NCBI GenBank assembly: GCA_964016885.1
Contig: OZ024740.1
Span: forward strand, 427,118,001-427,182,000
Source: Eledone cirrhosa
Lineage: Eukaryota
Reading direction: 5' to 3'
DNA: 64,000 nucleotides
The translations under genes were made by a program, and so were the position numbers. The notes below the pieces were generated by a model. That model searched no databases. It was not told the DNA's origin and saw nothing but the letters and a program-made list of their open reading frames with translations. The number at the start of each line of letters is the position of its first letter. Position 1 is the first letter of the stretch. Shown here piece after piece: positions 13,340-28,409 of the stretch.

Positions 13340-13572
13340 CGTGTCTATATATATATATATATATTTATAATATAAGATCACAAACTGTAGAGTGCTTCTT
13401 ATCCGATATCTGCATTGCTTTATTGTACTACAATAAAACTCACCTCCTACATTATATATATTTATATATATATATATATATATATAAGAGGTGAGTTTTA
13501 TTGTAGTACAATAAAGCAATGCTATTCACAATGCTATTCACAAATGTTTTTAAGCTTCATACCATGTCTCCC

Positions 13573-13643
13573 TATTTTATCCGATGAGAACGCAAATATC
13601 ATCCCGAGATGATATTTGTTTTTGAAATGCGCATAATAAAATA
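13573..13643 (+). ncRNA. Hammerhead ribozyme motif with long stem II (core variant CCGATGA)
   Basis: tattttat-CCGATGA-gaacgcaaatatcatc(ccga)gatgatatttgttttt-GAAA-tgcgca-ta-ataaaata. 8-bp stem I, palindromic stem III, one core substitution. Confidence 0.7.
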
Positions 13644-13726
13644 CTTGGAACTCTTTTAACCACCTTTTGATCTTATATTATATATATATATATATATATA
13701 TGTGTGTCTATATATATATATGTGTG

Positions 13727-13775
<49 letters not shown>

Positions 13776-13834
13776 CTATATATATGTATGTGTCTATATG
13801 TGTGTGTGTGTGTCTATATATATATGTGTGTCTT

Positions 13835-14400
13835 TATGATGGCTCAAACTATTCGAATGGTGTCTCCTTGACTGAGCTGCAAATCTGGGTGGTGTGGAGA
13901 CCGAGTGGGAGCGCTTGGAAACTGGAATGGTTTCAAGCGCTCACTGCCCGTTGCCAATCGGGCATTGCGATTGTGGGTTAGGGGAGAGCAACAACGACGA
14001 CGTTCTCGTTGGAAACTCTGGGTGTCGACGAAAGCCAACTAGGTATTCTCTTCGGGAGGACATTCTGTCCAGAGCCAATGGATATCTTCCAGAGGTCCCT
14101 GGCCTGGCAGTGTAACCAGGTTGCGTTACCAGTTCGATATTAACTTTATAGGGATGGAAATGACATCAGCCGGGCCTGTCCGAGATGCGCACAGGGCGAG
14201 TATTGGTGACTTGTAGATTTATGTCGAACATCTGCTGTCGCGTGTAGTACAGATCCGGCTATCAGCTGAGTCTTTCGTGAAGATTACTCTACCGCTCTCC
14301 TTTAACCAGGAGGGGCAGGCAGTTTTTATCTGCTTGGTGGCCATGGTGAAAGAGGTCGTACGTTGCATGTGTCTCAAAAAGTTGAAGACGGGCACTTTAG
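13835..14400 (+). mobile_element. Degenerate L1/Tx1 LINE 3' fragment
   Basis: Similar to 60840-61530 (ctgagctgcaa..., ttccagaggtccctggcctggcagtg). Confidence 0.75.
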
Positions 14401-14914
14401 AGAGAGAGATTGAGTATGTGTGTGTGTGTGTGTGGGTGTGAGTGTGTGCGTGTGGGAGTGAAAAAGAGGTGTAAATCACGAACTTGGCGCAATATATATA
14501 CATAAACGCTTGGCACCGTTGTAGGGATTTTACCTCTCCTCTCCTCTCTCTGTCTCCCTCTCTCTCTCTCCCTCTCTATCTCTCTCTCTCTCTATATTTA
14601 TATTAAAATAACAGATTAAAGTTTAACCAAAGAATCGCTGCTTTCACCCTTAACCTTTCGATTTTAGTCTTCAAATTTATTATTATTACTATATATATGA
14701 TTATCATTTATTTTTTATCATTTATTTTGTTTTGACCTGTTTAGCTTGATTTGGTTTTTGGCTTGGGTGGTTAATGCTTTCTTGACCACCTTTTCAGTTT
14801 TGTATGGCTTCTTAACATCTGGTTTTTAACTATTGAGCACTTTGCCAGTATCATTTCTGATTTTTGCATTTCTTTTCGCCTTTCCTGCCCGCCGAAATGC
14901 GATTCTCGCTGAAT

Positions 14915-15000
<86 letters not shown>

Positions 15001-15018
15001 GTACATACATATATATAG

Positions 15019-15049
<31 letters not shown>

Positions 15050-15213
15050 GACACACACACACACATATATATATATAGACACACATATATATATATATAC
15101 ATTTTACTGTATGTCTGTATACATATATGTATGTACGTATACATACATGCATACTTACATTTAAGTAAGTGCCGTACAAGAGTGAGAAATGAAATTTCGT
15201 TTCATTCTATTCC

Positions 15214-15294
<81 letters not shown>

Positions 15295-15340
15295 AAAGTT
15301 AAATAAAAAGTCAAATGATTAAAATTTAGCTTCGTTTATT

Positions 15341-15395
15341 ACTGCTATATATATTTCAGTGACAGTCATCTTTGGCTGTGACCTCTTCAGGCAGT
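15341..15395 (-). ncRNA. Type I hammerhead ribozyme (diverged relative of 9940-9995) in a PLE 3' fragment 15290-15840
   Basis: Reverse complement: actgc-CTGAAGA-ggtcacagccaaagatgactgtcact-GAAA-tatatata-gcagt. Stem II differs from the 9940 copy while mostly keeping pairing. Confidence 0.8.
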
Positions 15396-15847
15396 TTGAA
15401 TTAGTATGGTATAGACAAGTACATATGTTGTTTAGGTGTATAATATTGTCAATATTCTGATATGCCCAGTTCCTGGTTGGGTTGTTATTTCGCTGAGGAA
15501 CAGTTCCCAGTTTCTATATTATAATATACTGTTATATAAGTATTGACCTTCTTCCTGTGAGTCTCCAAGTAATGTCATCAGGTGTACAACTTCATTCCTT
15601 CCAACAAAAGAGAAATTATAATTCATCAATGTATCCATCAGTATAGCTTTATCGGTTATTTTTAGATCACAATTCGTTTTCAAAATTAACTTTTAATTTC
15701 TTTAAATTATCGATTCCTGTTGTTGAGAGCCGTAAGGACTGCTGTGTGTTCTTTGCTTGCTTTCTCAACGATGAATATTTTAATTTGTTAAGTTTCTTTT
15801 GTTGGTTTCTTTATTCAATGAGCTACTGCCAGCCTTGATGTTATATA

Positions 15848-16310
15848 TACGAGGTGTGTCAAAAAGTTCAAACGACTGATGTCACAAAATATTTATTTCA
15901 AAGCCAAACTTCACACTGAGAGTGTTCTCCTTCAAAGTAATCCCCCTGGAGTATGTAACTGTAATCTTAGCTCTCTGCAGCGATCACATTTTTTACTTCA
16001 TAATTTTATATACATGTCCTCTGTTTCAGGTCGTCAAGCAATGAGCAGGGACCAACGAACAAACTTGAAAACTCCGTCAGAACACTGGGATTGCTGCAGC
16101 AAGTGTATGGAGATGAGACGATGTCACGCTCATGTGTTTTTGATGACCCCAGGAGCGGAAGGCTCTCAACAACCAGAACTGCGGTCAACGTTGAGCACGT
16201 CAAGCAGGTGGTGCGTAGCGATCGTCGGCTGACTGTTCGACTAATGGCAAATGAGCTGGGCATGAATTGGGACAGCGTCTGGAAGATTCTCACTGAAGAT
16301 TTGGACATGC
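15848..16310 (+). mobile_element. Mariner (Tc1/mariner) relic: left TIR and N-terminal transposase fragment
   Basis: TA-CGAGGTGTGTCAAAAAGTTC terminus. Translation QQVYGDETMSRS..DDPRSGR..VRSDRRLTVRLMANELGM..SVWKILTEDL matches the mariner HTH region. Confidence 0.88.
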
Positions 16311-16364
16311 GTATATATGTACTTACCTAAATATGTATGTATGCAGACGTGTATATATGTATAT

Positions 16365-16465
<101 letters not shown>

Positions 16466-16713
16466 AACAAGGGGAGCAGAATACTGCATGGTTGCACATG
16501 GATTACATATTATAAAATTAGTCCCTCATCAGTGATTTGCCAACCATCATTGGTATTTCATCGCATTAAAAATCAGATACCTCAGGTTGGTGCGAGCAAT
16601 AACTAAAATAAGCTATTGGGACAAGTGAAACGCGTAAAGCGGAAAAGCAGAAGGAAAAGCAAACCGAAGGTTGGAAAACAGCAAGCCACATGGTAGTTTT
16701 CCGATCAGCATAA

Positions 16714-16761
<48 letters not shown>

Positions 16762-16762
<1 letters not shown>

Positions 16763-17046
16763 AATAAGCAACATAAGACAATTATTCCATTTACCAAAGG
16801 TTTCACGAAGACTGACGAAGTCAACCAACACAGACGTCTGAAATCGCTAATCCGATTGAAAATTTAGGCCGTCCATATTAAATGTTCATTCTGATGAGCG
16901 ATCTCAGCCGTCTGTGTTGAGCTCGTCTGTCTTCGTGAATCCTTTGGTAATTGGAATACTATTCTTATGTTGTTTATTAAATAATTAAATACCTCTGTAG
17001 CATACATAGAGCACTCTCCTTTCCTTTACCTTTCCTACGGATATAC

Positions 17047-17050
<4 letters not shown>
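16762..17050 (+). repeat. Diverged hairpin (arms ~100 bp) with ~70-bp tail, between (TA)n tracts
   Basis: 16762-16865 is an imperfect reverse complement of 16880-16979. CTGATGA at 16891 has no intact GAAA. Confidence 0.75.
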
Positions 17051-17115
<65 letters not shown>

Positions 17116-18225
17116 AAGGAATGAAGAATAACACGGATAAGCTATGCAACAGGGTTTATTCCAAGTATTAACATATGTTTCATTGGCTAACATGTGGTTG
17201 GATGCGTCTTAAAATCGCTATCTACCATGTTGTTGTGACTCTCGATTTTAAATACTGTTCATGCCAGTCAAATAATCATAATACTGATTTTGGATCTGGT
17301 GATACAACGTATTTTTACTGAGGTATACAGACATTAAGATGAAAAACAAGATGAAACGCAAAAATAATTTCTAAAATATTAGTCGAAACACCACCAGCTC
17401 AACATCTAATATCAAACGCAACAATATAACGATATGGCAACCATCATCCGGTCGACAACATACGACGTACCGACACAACATAAACAGACCAACATCCCAG
17501 CTTAATTCAAGCCACGCTTCGGACTATAACTATGCATACATACATATATGATGACGGCCCCCTCATTATCGAGTAAGGCCATTGCACGTTATAATATTAT
17601 TAATAATTATTAATTAATGCTATCGTGCAATGCTTGTGCGTGAAGATATTTTTTAAAGTGAGGAAAGACTGTGCACTGAGCCAATCCCACTCTCTGAGCG
17701 ACAGTAGCTATAACCCGAAAAGAAGAAAAGATCAACATCATCGGTAACTACTGAGCCGCAGGTTTTATATCGGAGTTATCCCAGTTTCCTGAGTTGCTTT
17801 CTCCTAGGAGAATGACAAAGACAAGGGATCCTTCACTCCCAGTGGTTTAACCGCCCGATCGAGTATCTAGCTCGACTATTTCTATGTCCCCGCGCATATA
17901 CATACACATGCACCCATGTATATACACATATACATATACATACATATGTATAGACATATTTACACGTTTGTGGATGGCCGTTGACTCTTATGAGTTCTTC
18001 CGCCCTTTGTCAGGTTTTGTTTTTTGTCCTGCAGGGTGTCCAAAATCACCCTCCTCACTAAGTAAACTTGGTGGGGTTGCCGATTTAGTTGCCGAGGACC
18101 CAACGCGACAGGTTATACTGGGTTACATGTTACCAGTAGCACTCAAGAGGAAGCTGACATATACATACATACATACATACATACATACATACATACATAC
18201 ATACATACATACATACATACATACA

Positions 18226-18341
18226 TGATGGCTGCCCCCTCGTTATCGAGTATGGCCATTGCACGAGAAGAAAAAAAAAAATAATAATGATAAATAAATA
18301 AAAAGAATATATATATATATATATACATACACATACACACG

Positions 18342-18375
<34 letters not shown>

Positions 18376-18387
18376 TACATTAATAAC

Positions 18388-18419
<32 letters not shown>

Positions 18420-18496
18420 CAATAATAATAACAACAACAACAATACTAATATACATATACATATATATATATACACACACACGCACACACATAAGC

Positions 18497-18536
<40 letters not shown>

Positions 18537-18722
18537 TAGCAACTAACAGCGCTGCGATCGAATGTGGCTTTTTAGCCCAGCCAATGATCTAAAATGTCTT
18601 GCACAGAGTCGGCAACCAAAACATTCACTGGGAATAGTCGGCTGTGGTTGGAGTTCGTGTACTTTTGCATGTCGTTTGAACCCTCCTGCTGATTTACATT
18701 CTCTACCACATGTTTGGCAAGC
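18226..18722 (-). mobile_element. RTE-clade 3' end with two C2H2 zinc-finger remnants, interrupted by microsatellites
   Basis: CQTCGRECKSAGGFKRHAKVH...[19 protein letters not shown]. The terminus at 18226-18268 resembles the RTE-derived family end and runs into (TATG)n. Confidence 0.65.
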
Positions 18723-18959
18723 ATACATGCATACATACATACATACATACATACATACATACATACATACATACATACATACATACATACATACATACAT
18801 ACATGCATGCATGCATGCATGCATACATTCATAATAGGCATTCTTTTGGTTATGTCGATCATCAACGGAACAGCCTACTGATGAAATTAATGTGTGAAGT
18901 GTCTGAGCATTGATCAGACATGGTACCGTAAATATATTTCTCTGATAGTTTCACCATGA

Positions 18960-19140
18960 TACAGAATGTGACAAGAGGCCCTCGGATATACAGTACAACT
19001 GATTTTCGCTAGTTTGGTGGGCTGGAGCCATATGAATTAGAGCATCTTATTTCAGGCTACGACACGACACTAGGAATCGAACACACAATCTTACGATCGT
19101 GAGACGAACACCCTCATCTCAAAGCCACGTGCCTTCACAT
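18960..19140 (-). mobile_element. tRNA-derived SINE, second family (also 43440-43655 and 44325-44515)
   Basis: Reverse complement starts gaaggcacgtggct..agggtgttcg..cacgatcgtaag..gttcgattcc (A/B-box-like). Body shared between copies. Confidence 0.7.
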
Positions 19141-19155
19141 ACATACAATATATTT

Positions 19156-19745
19156 GGTGGCTGCCAACTCGTTTTCGAGTACGGCCACTACTTTATATCC
19201 ATGTAGGAGAACCCCTACCGATGCGCTGAACGAGTGTGACTTTTTAGTCCAGCCAGCGACTTGAAAACTCTGGTACAAACACTACACTTGTGACCACCAT
19301 TGACACATAGTGCTTTGCCTTTGGTACCATGTGACGACAAGATACAAAGCAATGCCTGTGCCGTGAAGCTTTTATAGTGAGCAAAGGCACTGCACAAAGC
19401 CAGTCCCACTCTCTTAACCAAGATGATATTTACCAAAAAGAAGAACAAGTCAACATCATTGGATACCATCAGGGTTGTAGATGTTATATCAGAGTTTTCC
19501 TTCTCCTAGAATTCTGCCTTGACAAAGGCTAAGGGGTCATCTCTCCCAGTGATTTTGGATGGCCATTGACTCTTAAGAGTTCCTTTGCCCTTTGACAGGT
19601 TTTGTTTTTAGTCCTGCAGGATGTCCAAAGTCACCCTCCTCACCATGAAACCTTGGTGGGGTTGACTGTTTAGTCGCCAACGACCCGACCATGAGACAGG
19701 TTGTACTGGGATACATGTTACCAGTAGCACCAAGTGGTGACCTGA
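19156..19745 (-). mobile_element. RTE-derived non-autonomous element, near full length
   Basis: High identity to 7757-8343; ORF remnant [23 protein letters not shown]. Confidence 0.8.
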
Positions 19746-19803
19746 CATATATATACGTACATATATATATACATACATACATATACATATACATACATAC
19801 ATA

Positions 19804-19835
<32 letters not shown>

Positions 19836-19990
19836 CATATATACACATACATACATATATATATATATACATACATACATATATACATACATACATATAT
19901 ATATATACATACATACATATATATATACATACATACATACATATATATATATACATACATACACATACATATACATACATACATATATAT

Positions 19991-20039
<49 letters not shown>

Positions 20040-20111
20040 CATATATATATATACATACATATATATATACATACATATATATATATATACATACATATAT
20101 ATATACATACA

Positions 20112-20147
<36 letters not shown>

Positions 20148-20371
20148 CATACATATACATACATATATATATATATACATACATACATATACATACATAT
20201 ATATATATATATATATACATACAGATACATACATATATATATATATACATACATATATATATATATACATACATATATATATACACACATATATATATAT
20301 ATACATATATATACACGTACATATATATACACGTACATATATATATACATACATATACATATACATACATA

Positions 20372-20403
<32 letters not shown>

Positions 20404-20450
20404 CATATATATACATACATACATATATATACATATATATATATATATAC

Positions 20451-20513
<63 letters not shown>

Positions 20514-20528
20514 CATATATATATATAC

Positions 20529-20567
<39 letters not shown>

Positions 20568-20574
20568 CATATAT

Positions 20575-20635
<61 letters not shown>

Positions 20636-21455
20636 CATACATATATGTATATATACATACATATATATATATATACATACATAAATATATATATATATAT
20701 ATATATATACATACATACATATATATATATACATACATACATATATATATATACATACATACATATATATACATACATACATATATATATATACATACAT
20801 ACATATATATATATACACATATATATACATACATATACACATATACATACATACATACATATATATATATACATACATATATGTACATACATACATATAT
20901 ATACATACATACATATATACATATACATACATATACATATATATATACATACATATATATATACATACACATACATATATATATATATATACATACATAC
21001 ATATATATATATATATACATACATACATATATATATACATATACATACATACATATACATATATATACATACATATACATACATATATATATATATACAT
21101 ACATACATATACATACATGGTGGCTGCCAACTCATTTTCGAGTACGGCCACTACTTTATATCCATGTAGGAGAACCCCTACCGATTCGCTGAACGAGTGT
21201 GACTTTTCAGTCCAGCCAGCGACTTGAAAACTCTGGTACAAACACTACACTTGTGACAATTATTGACACATAGTGCTGGGCCCATGGTACCATGTGAGGA
21301 CAAGTGCAGAGAGATCTCCTAATATAAAGCAATGCCTGTGCCGTGAAGCTTTTATAGTATACATACATATACACATACATACATACATATACATACATAC
21401 ATACATATATACACATACATACATATATATATACAAACATACATATATATATACA

Positions 21456-21489
<34 letters not shown>

Positions 21490-22057
21490 CATACATACAT
21501 ATATATATACATACATATATATATATACATACATACATATATACATACATACATATATATATACATACATACATACATATATATATACATACATGTATAT
21601 ATACATACATATATATATACATACATACATATATATATACATACATACATATATATATACATACATATACATACATACATATATACATACATATACATAC
21701 ATATGCATACATACATATATATATATATACATACACATACATACATATACACATATATACATATACATACATATATACATATATATACATACATACATAT
21801 ATACATACATATACATACATACATATACATACATATACATACATACACATATACATATACATACATATATATATACACATACATATACATACATATATAT
21901 ACATACACACACATACATATATATACATATACATACATATACATACATATATATATATATACATACATACATATACACATATACATACATACATATACAT
22001 ACATATATATACATACATATACATACATATACATACACATACACACACACACACATA

Positions 22058-22089
<32 letters not shown>

Positions 22090-22305
22090 CATATACATAC
22101 ACATATATATACATATACATACATATATATATATACATACATATACATACATATATACATACATATGCATACATATATATAAATATACATACATATACAT
22201 ACACATATATATATATACATACACATACATACATATATATATATATATACATACATACACATACATATATATATATATACATATACATACATATATATAT
22301 ATATA
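19746..22305. repeat. Compound (TACA)n/(TA)n satellite with an embedded RTE-derived 3' fragment (21118-21357)
   Basis: Directly visible; generates the 300-520 aa YIYM pseudo-ORFs. Confidence 0.95.
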
Positions 22306-22721
22306 TTAAGAGAGTAAAACAAAGAATCCTTTAATACATCAAAAGTTTTTATTAGCCGACAATGTTTCGTCCTATTAAGGACTCATCAGGGCAATCAAAA
22401 CAACAAGAGGTAATTTCGGCAGATACAAGCCAGAAACTCTGAAGAATATGGAGTGTACATACACTAATGTCTTACAAAGATATACGATAATAAAAATGAA
22501 GACAAAAATAATAAAATTATAATAACTAAGGATGTAGATAACATTAAGAACCATATTACCAATATAGTCCAAAGCCACCAACTTAAATCTAAACAAATTT
22601 GGTTATATAGAGCAGGAATTATATATAACATAGTATAATACATTATAATAATAATATATTTATACCAACATTAAAATTCTAAATTACAAATCAAAAGGTA
22701 CAATATATACATGTATATATG

Positions 22722-22774
<53 letters not shown>

Positions 22775-24560
22775 TACAATACACATATCTATTTTCTATT
22801 ACACAGAAATTAAGCCCTATTGGAAGTTTGAATATTAAAAATATCAAAAATAAGCATGGTAATAGTGAAAATAATGCTAATACATCTACCCAATATACAT
22901 GAGGCAATAATATGATATAATTACAAGAAACACTTATAACAAATAATAAACAACAAAATTATATAGTACAATACAATATAATATAGTAGAATAGATAATC
23001 CCCGGTTAATTTACAGAAACAATATAGATGTCACAGTGAAATACAATGATAAAATGTTAACATTATATTAACAATTACCATAAACAATATGTACAACATT
23101 ATTCATACTGGGTTACATAATACATGAGGAAATATCAATCATATAATATAATACAATAATACTCAAAAAAACTATATTGGTACAGGGAACAATTATGTTG
23201 TTACAGAAAAAAATTATGTTGTTACAGAAAAAATATACAGACATCTAACATGATATGTAAAGTCTAAATATCATAATGTTACATATTACAATATTAAAAT
23301 ATTAAAAAATCCAGACATCTTATATGATATATAAAGTTTAAATATCATAATGTTATATATAATAAACGGTAAGTAATAAGGATCAATATCATAATGTAAT
23401 ATATTTTTAAAATGTAATATATTTTAAAAATTGGCATAAAATATATAAATAAATACTTATAATTTCAAGGTTAGTAGACAGACATGTGTGGATGAGTGAA
23501 CGAAGCCAGACAGTGAATAGTAAATAGAATATAGGATAAAACAAATAAATACAATCAACCGGAAATTACAAAACAAAGCAAATGTATACACATTTAGGCC
23601 TCGCGTGCATTAAGAAATTTGGTAAACACCAAGGAAAGCGATCATTTTAAATGACTCCAAACCCTATCTGACAAATTAATATTAAAAATATCAAACCCAT
23701 CCGATAAGGTAGTATAAAATTAGCTATAGTCTAAGTCATTAAAGTATATAAACTTTAATGTATCGTTACAAATGTTTACAAAAAGGAATAATATTACACT
23801 ATCATATACGCAACGATATCTAAAAAACTGACTTAAGTAGAGTTAAGGTAGGCTAATGAGGACAGAATTGACAAAATATATGGAGGGTGCGAAGTGGCAT
23901 AAAATATATTCGATATACTATAATAAATAATAGAACAGAGCATAAGAGAGGGGGGGTTAATATAATCATATTCAATCTGGAGGGGTTGACAATAAGTTTA
24001 TGTGTGCATGGGGGGGGGGGGGGTTCGATAGATAAATCAGAATAGACTTAGAAATAAAAATAGAATTAAAAATAAAAATAAAAATAATGTTAAAATTAAA
24101 AATAAAAGTTAATGATAATAAAAGAATATATAAAGATAATAACGTGTGTAATAATCTTATGTATACTAACAAGGTGTAATAGTGAAGACATAGATATGGT
24201 ACAGTGGCCAAATGATTATGAGAGCTAGAATGAAGAATCATCAAAAACCAATGATAACATTAGTGTTGGCAAACAAAAGAACCCAAACAAAAAACTAAGT
24301 AATGGAATATATCTGCTAATGGGTACGATTTGTACTACTAGAACATTTGGGTTTATAATAAAAGTAAGAATTAGAAATTGCATGGGGGCAAGAAGAGAAT
24401 ATCTCAGACTTTCTATTCAGTAAGGGTACGCTAGAGAAAATAATAGAGTGTGTCTCAAGTATACAGAGATTACAAAACTTACTATGTGCAGAAAGGTGGT
24501 TAGATCGTGCTACTAAACTCCAGTTAAGGCTATATGGTATATAAGCTCCCTTAAGATCCC
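22306..24560 (-). mobile_element. Penelope-like element 3' portion: GIY-YIG C-terminus, ~2 kb AT-rich 3' region, terminal HHR
   Basis: 24316-24560(-): [11 protein letters not shown]...[27 protein letters not shown], same motif type as 5712-6089. HHR at 22352-22396 on the same strand. Continuity of the middle is inferred. Confidence 0.7.
22352..22396 (-). ncRNA. Canonical type I hammerhead ribozyme
   Basis: Reverse complement: ttgcc-CTGATGA-GTCC-ttaata-GGAC-GAAAC-att-GTC-ggctaat. Perfect core, 4-bp stem II, GUC triplet. Confidence 0.93.
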
Positions 24561-24609
24561 ATACATACATATACATACACATATATATATATACATATAT
24601 ATATATATA

Positions 24610-24713
<104 letters not shown>

Positions 24714-25107
24714 CATACATACATACATATATATATATATATACATACATATATATATACATACATATATATATATATACATACATATACATACATATAT
24801 ACATACATATACATACATATATATATATATACATACATATATATATATATACATACATATACATACATATATATACATACATATACATACATATATATAC
24901 ATATACATACATATATATATACATACATATACATACATATATACATACATATACATACATATACACATACATATATATATACATACATATACATACATAT
25001 ATATATACATACATAATACATACATATATATATATATACATATACATACATATATATATACATACATACATACATACATATATACATACATACATACATA
25101 CATATAT

Positions 25108-25690
25108 AGTGGCTGCCAACTCGTTTTCGAGTACGGCCACTACTTTATATCCATGTAGGAGAACTCCTACCGATGCGCTGAACGAATGTGACTTTTTAGT
25201 CCAGCCAGCGACTTGAAAGCTCTGGTACAAACACTACACTTGTGACAATTGACACATAGTGCAGGACCCATGGTACCATGTGACAAGTGCAGAGATCTCC
25301 AGATATAAAGCAATGCCTGTGCTGTGAAGCTTTTATAGTGAGCAAAGGCACTGCACAAAGCCAGTCCCACTCTCTTAACCAAGATGATATTTACCAAAAA
25401 GAAGAACAAGTCAACATCATTGGATACCATCAGGGTTGCAGGTGTTATATCAGAGTTTTCCTTCTCCTAGAATTCTGCCTTGACAAAGGCTAAGGGGTCA
25501 TCTCTCCCGGTGATTTTGGATGGCTATTGAGTCTTAAGAGCTCCCTTGCCCTTTGACAGGTTTTGTTTTTAGTCCTGCAGGATGTCCAAAGTCACCCTCC
25601 TCACCAAGAAACCTTGGTGGGGTTGCCAGTTTAGTCGCCAACGACCCGACCATGAGACAGGTTTTACTGGGATACATGTTACCAGTAGCA
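25108..25690 (-). mobile_element. RTE-derived non-autonomous element with expanded (TATG/TA)n tail (24560-25107)
   Basis: High identity to 7757-8343. Confidence 0.8.
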
Positions 25691-25925
25691 CAATATATTT
25701 ACATACATATATACATACATAAATACATATATATATACATACATTTGCGGACAAAGAGCGCAGCTCCCTAATTCATAGACTACAAATAGCTGCGATAGCT
25801 GACACCTTCAAAATTTGCAAAACATTCTTGCGATTCAAGGGATGACAACTTCTTTTCTTTTACAACCTTGCCATCGGGAAGGTGGCCGGTCAAAAAAATA
25901 TACTCAAAATTAAGAGAAAGAGATA

Positions 25926-26036
<111 letters not shown>

Positions 26037-27138
26037 GAGAGAGATAGAGAGCGAGGAGAGAGAGGGGGGATTAATCCGCACTCACACCATAACACTAAAC
26101 ATTACAGTTATGTAGGAGACGACAATAAAACTCATAAGGAAATAAAATTATTCACATAATTTCATTTTTCTCGCTTTTTTATCGCACGTCTCTTAAATTT
26201 ATATCTATATATCCACCATCTTTAACCTCTTATGGAAACTAAAATAGACCCCACTCCATCACACTCTGATTTCTGCTGCAACTAAAACTTATTAACTGAA
26301 TGTGACTGTTGACCTGAAATAACTCGTATTGAGTGTTAGTATGGAGTTACGTAGGAAACAATCTGAAGGGAATCCTCACACATTTGTCATTAGATAATCA
26401 AATTTGTGAATGTGTTTTGCTCAAACAATCATAGCTGCTTCCAATTCTCTTGCTGTTTCATCACAACTAAACCTTTATTGTATAAATTTCAGCAGCCATA
26501 TTCTCTTTAAAATGTAGAAACACAGTTTATCTAGTATTGGAATTAACAATGTGTCATTACATTTTTAATAGAGTTGGGTGTTGTTTTGGGGCATTTTACT
26601 GCTGTTTCTAATGAAGTTCAAGTGACGACATAGAATCTCACACGTTGGCTCAATCTTTTGCAAGATGCTGCTTTTAGTGTTAACCCTCTGTCAGATCTGA
26701 CTGAATAGTTTGACCATGCATGGGATAATGTAACGGGAACCACATGTTTCAAAGTGTTATTTCGTTTTTTAATATGGTAGGTATCCATATTTATGCTATT
26801 TGTACCAGATGGACCGATCAAGGATGCTAAGAGGTTCAAAGGAAAATGTATGTCAGAATGAGAATTTTTTCTTAGGTTCGCACGATTTCTTTTTGTTCAT
26901 ATAATGAGGAGTGTCTGCGTGTGTACAACTGTAAAGATATACACCCACTTATGTGTGTTTATATTCATGTGTATATACCTACAGGGGTATAAAAATATAG
27001 ATATAGAGAAAACGAGGAAGATAATTAAATGATCTCAGATACACAAAGTTAGACACACGCACAGACACAGATACACACTTAGAACACACGCACACACGCA
27101 CATACACGTAGATGCAGATACATTTATAATACATATAC

Positions 27139-27238
<100 letters not shown>

Positions 27239-27753
27239 TGCTGGTGCACCATTGCTAACAACAGGGAAAAATAGTGAATTTAATTTCATGTGCCTCCCAG
27301 CGTGGGTTTATGCCTTCAAGTATATGAACCGAAATTTATATGTACATATAAATTTCCTTAATGCTCATTTGATTATCCAGCAGTATCTTTCGCATGTCAA
27401 GACATGAGAAGCTTTCTTCCAGTGAAACACACTTATTTTCTTTATCGACCCCAGGAATACGTCTGTTAGCTTCTTAATTAACTTCATATTATCTTCAAAG
27501 ATCTGTAACCTGAAAATAGCAATAACAATTTATGAATTTTTTCTATTTCTGTAAAATTCTCTCCACACACACACACACTCTCTCTCTCTCTCTCTCTCAC
27601 ACACTCCCTCAGTCTCTATCGCTGTCTCTCTCCCTCTCTGTTTCTATTATTATTAATGTATGAAGCGAGAGAGTCAGAAAGAAAAAGAAAGCGCTTTCTA
27701 CATAATGTAAATAGATAACTGATGGATCGCAAATATACACGATTCATTATATA

Positions 27754-27822
<69 letters not shown>

Positions 27823-27830
<8 letters not shown>

Positions 27831-28088
27831 ATAGGGAGAAAGAGACGTTTATGAGGAAGACAAATTTTTTTTTTTTTTTTCTTAATCACCTAATGCCTTA
27901 ACACTTCACACAAAGTACCTTAACACAAAGTACCTTAACACAAAGTACCTTAACACAAAGTACCTTAACACTCCACACAAACATTTCGTTTTAATCATTT
28001 TCTAATCCAGAAAAAAGAGACAGACAAAAAAAATAAAAAGGAAAAAAATAAAAATTTTTCTTCCTCATAATCGTCTCTTTCTCCCTAT

Positions 28089-28095
<7 letters not shown>
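27823..28095. repeat. Small fold-back element: ~42-bp inverted ends with an internal 17-bp tandem repeat
   Basis: atatgaaaatagggagaaagagacg..tatgaggaaga pairs with tcttcctcataatcgtctctttctccctattttcatat. cacaaagtaccttaaca x4 inside; (TA)n flanks. Confidence 0.8.
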
Positions 28096-28120
<25 letters not shown>

Positions 28121-28149
28121 CCTAATTCGTGTGCCTCCTCTCCACATTT

Positions 28150-28263
<114 letters not shown>

Positions 28264-28354
28264 TAATAATAATAAATGTGAAGACTAAAATCCAAAGGGT
28301 GAAAGCAGCGATTCTTTGCTTAAACTTTAATCTGCTATTTTAATATATATATAT

Positions 28355-28409
<55 letters not shown>

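Noticed and set aside
16891-16930. HHR at CTGATGA 16891 (also 29689, 37293, 52367)
   Set aside because: No properly placed GAAA or closing stems.
18543-18722. Host C2H2 zinc-finger gene exon
   Set aside because: No TGEKP linkers; matches the finger at the 3' end of the RTE-derived repeats and is followed by the same terminus.
19640-19745. Twister or HDV-like ribozyme at the RTE-derived 5' end
   Set aside because: Hairpins exist, but I could not assign the required pseudoknot pairings; kept only as an open question.
19573-22334. Very long ORFs (300-520 aa) rich in Y/I/M/C/V/H/T
   Set aside because: Translations of (TA)/(TACA) satellites that lack stop codons; open in several frames on both strands.
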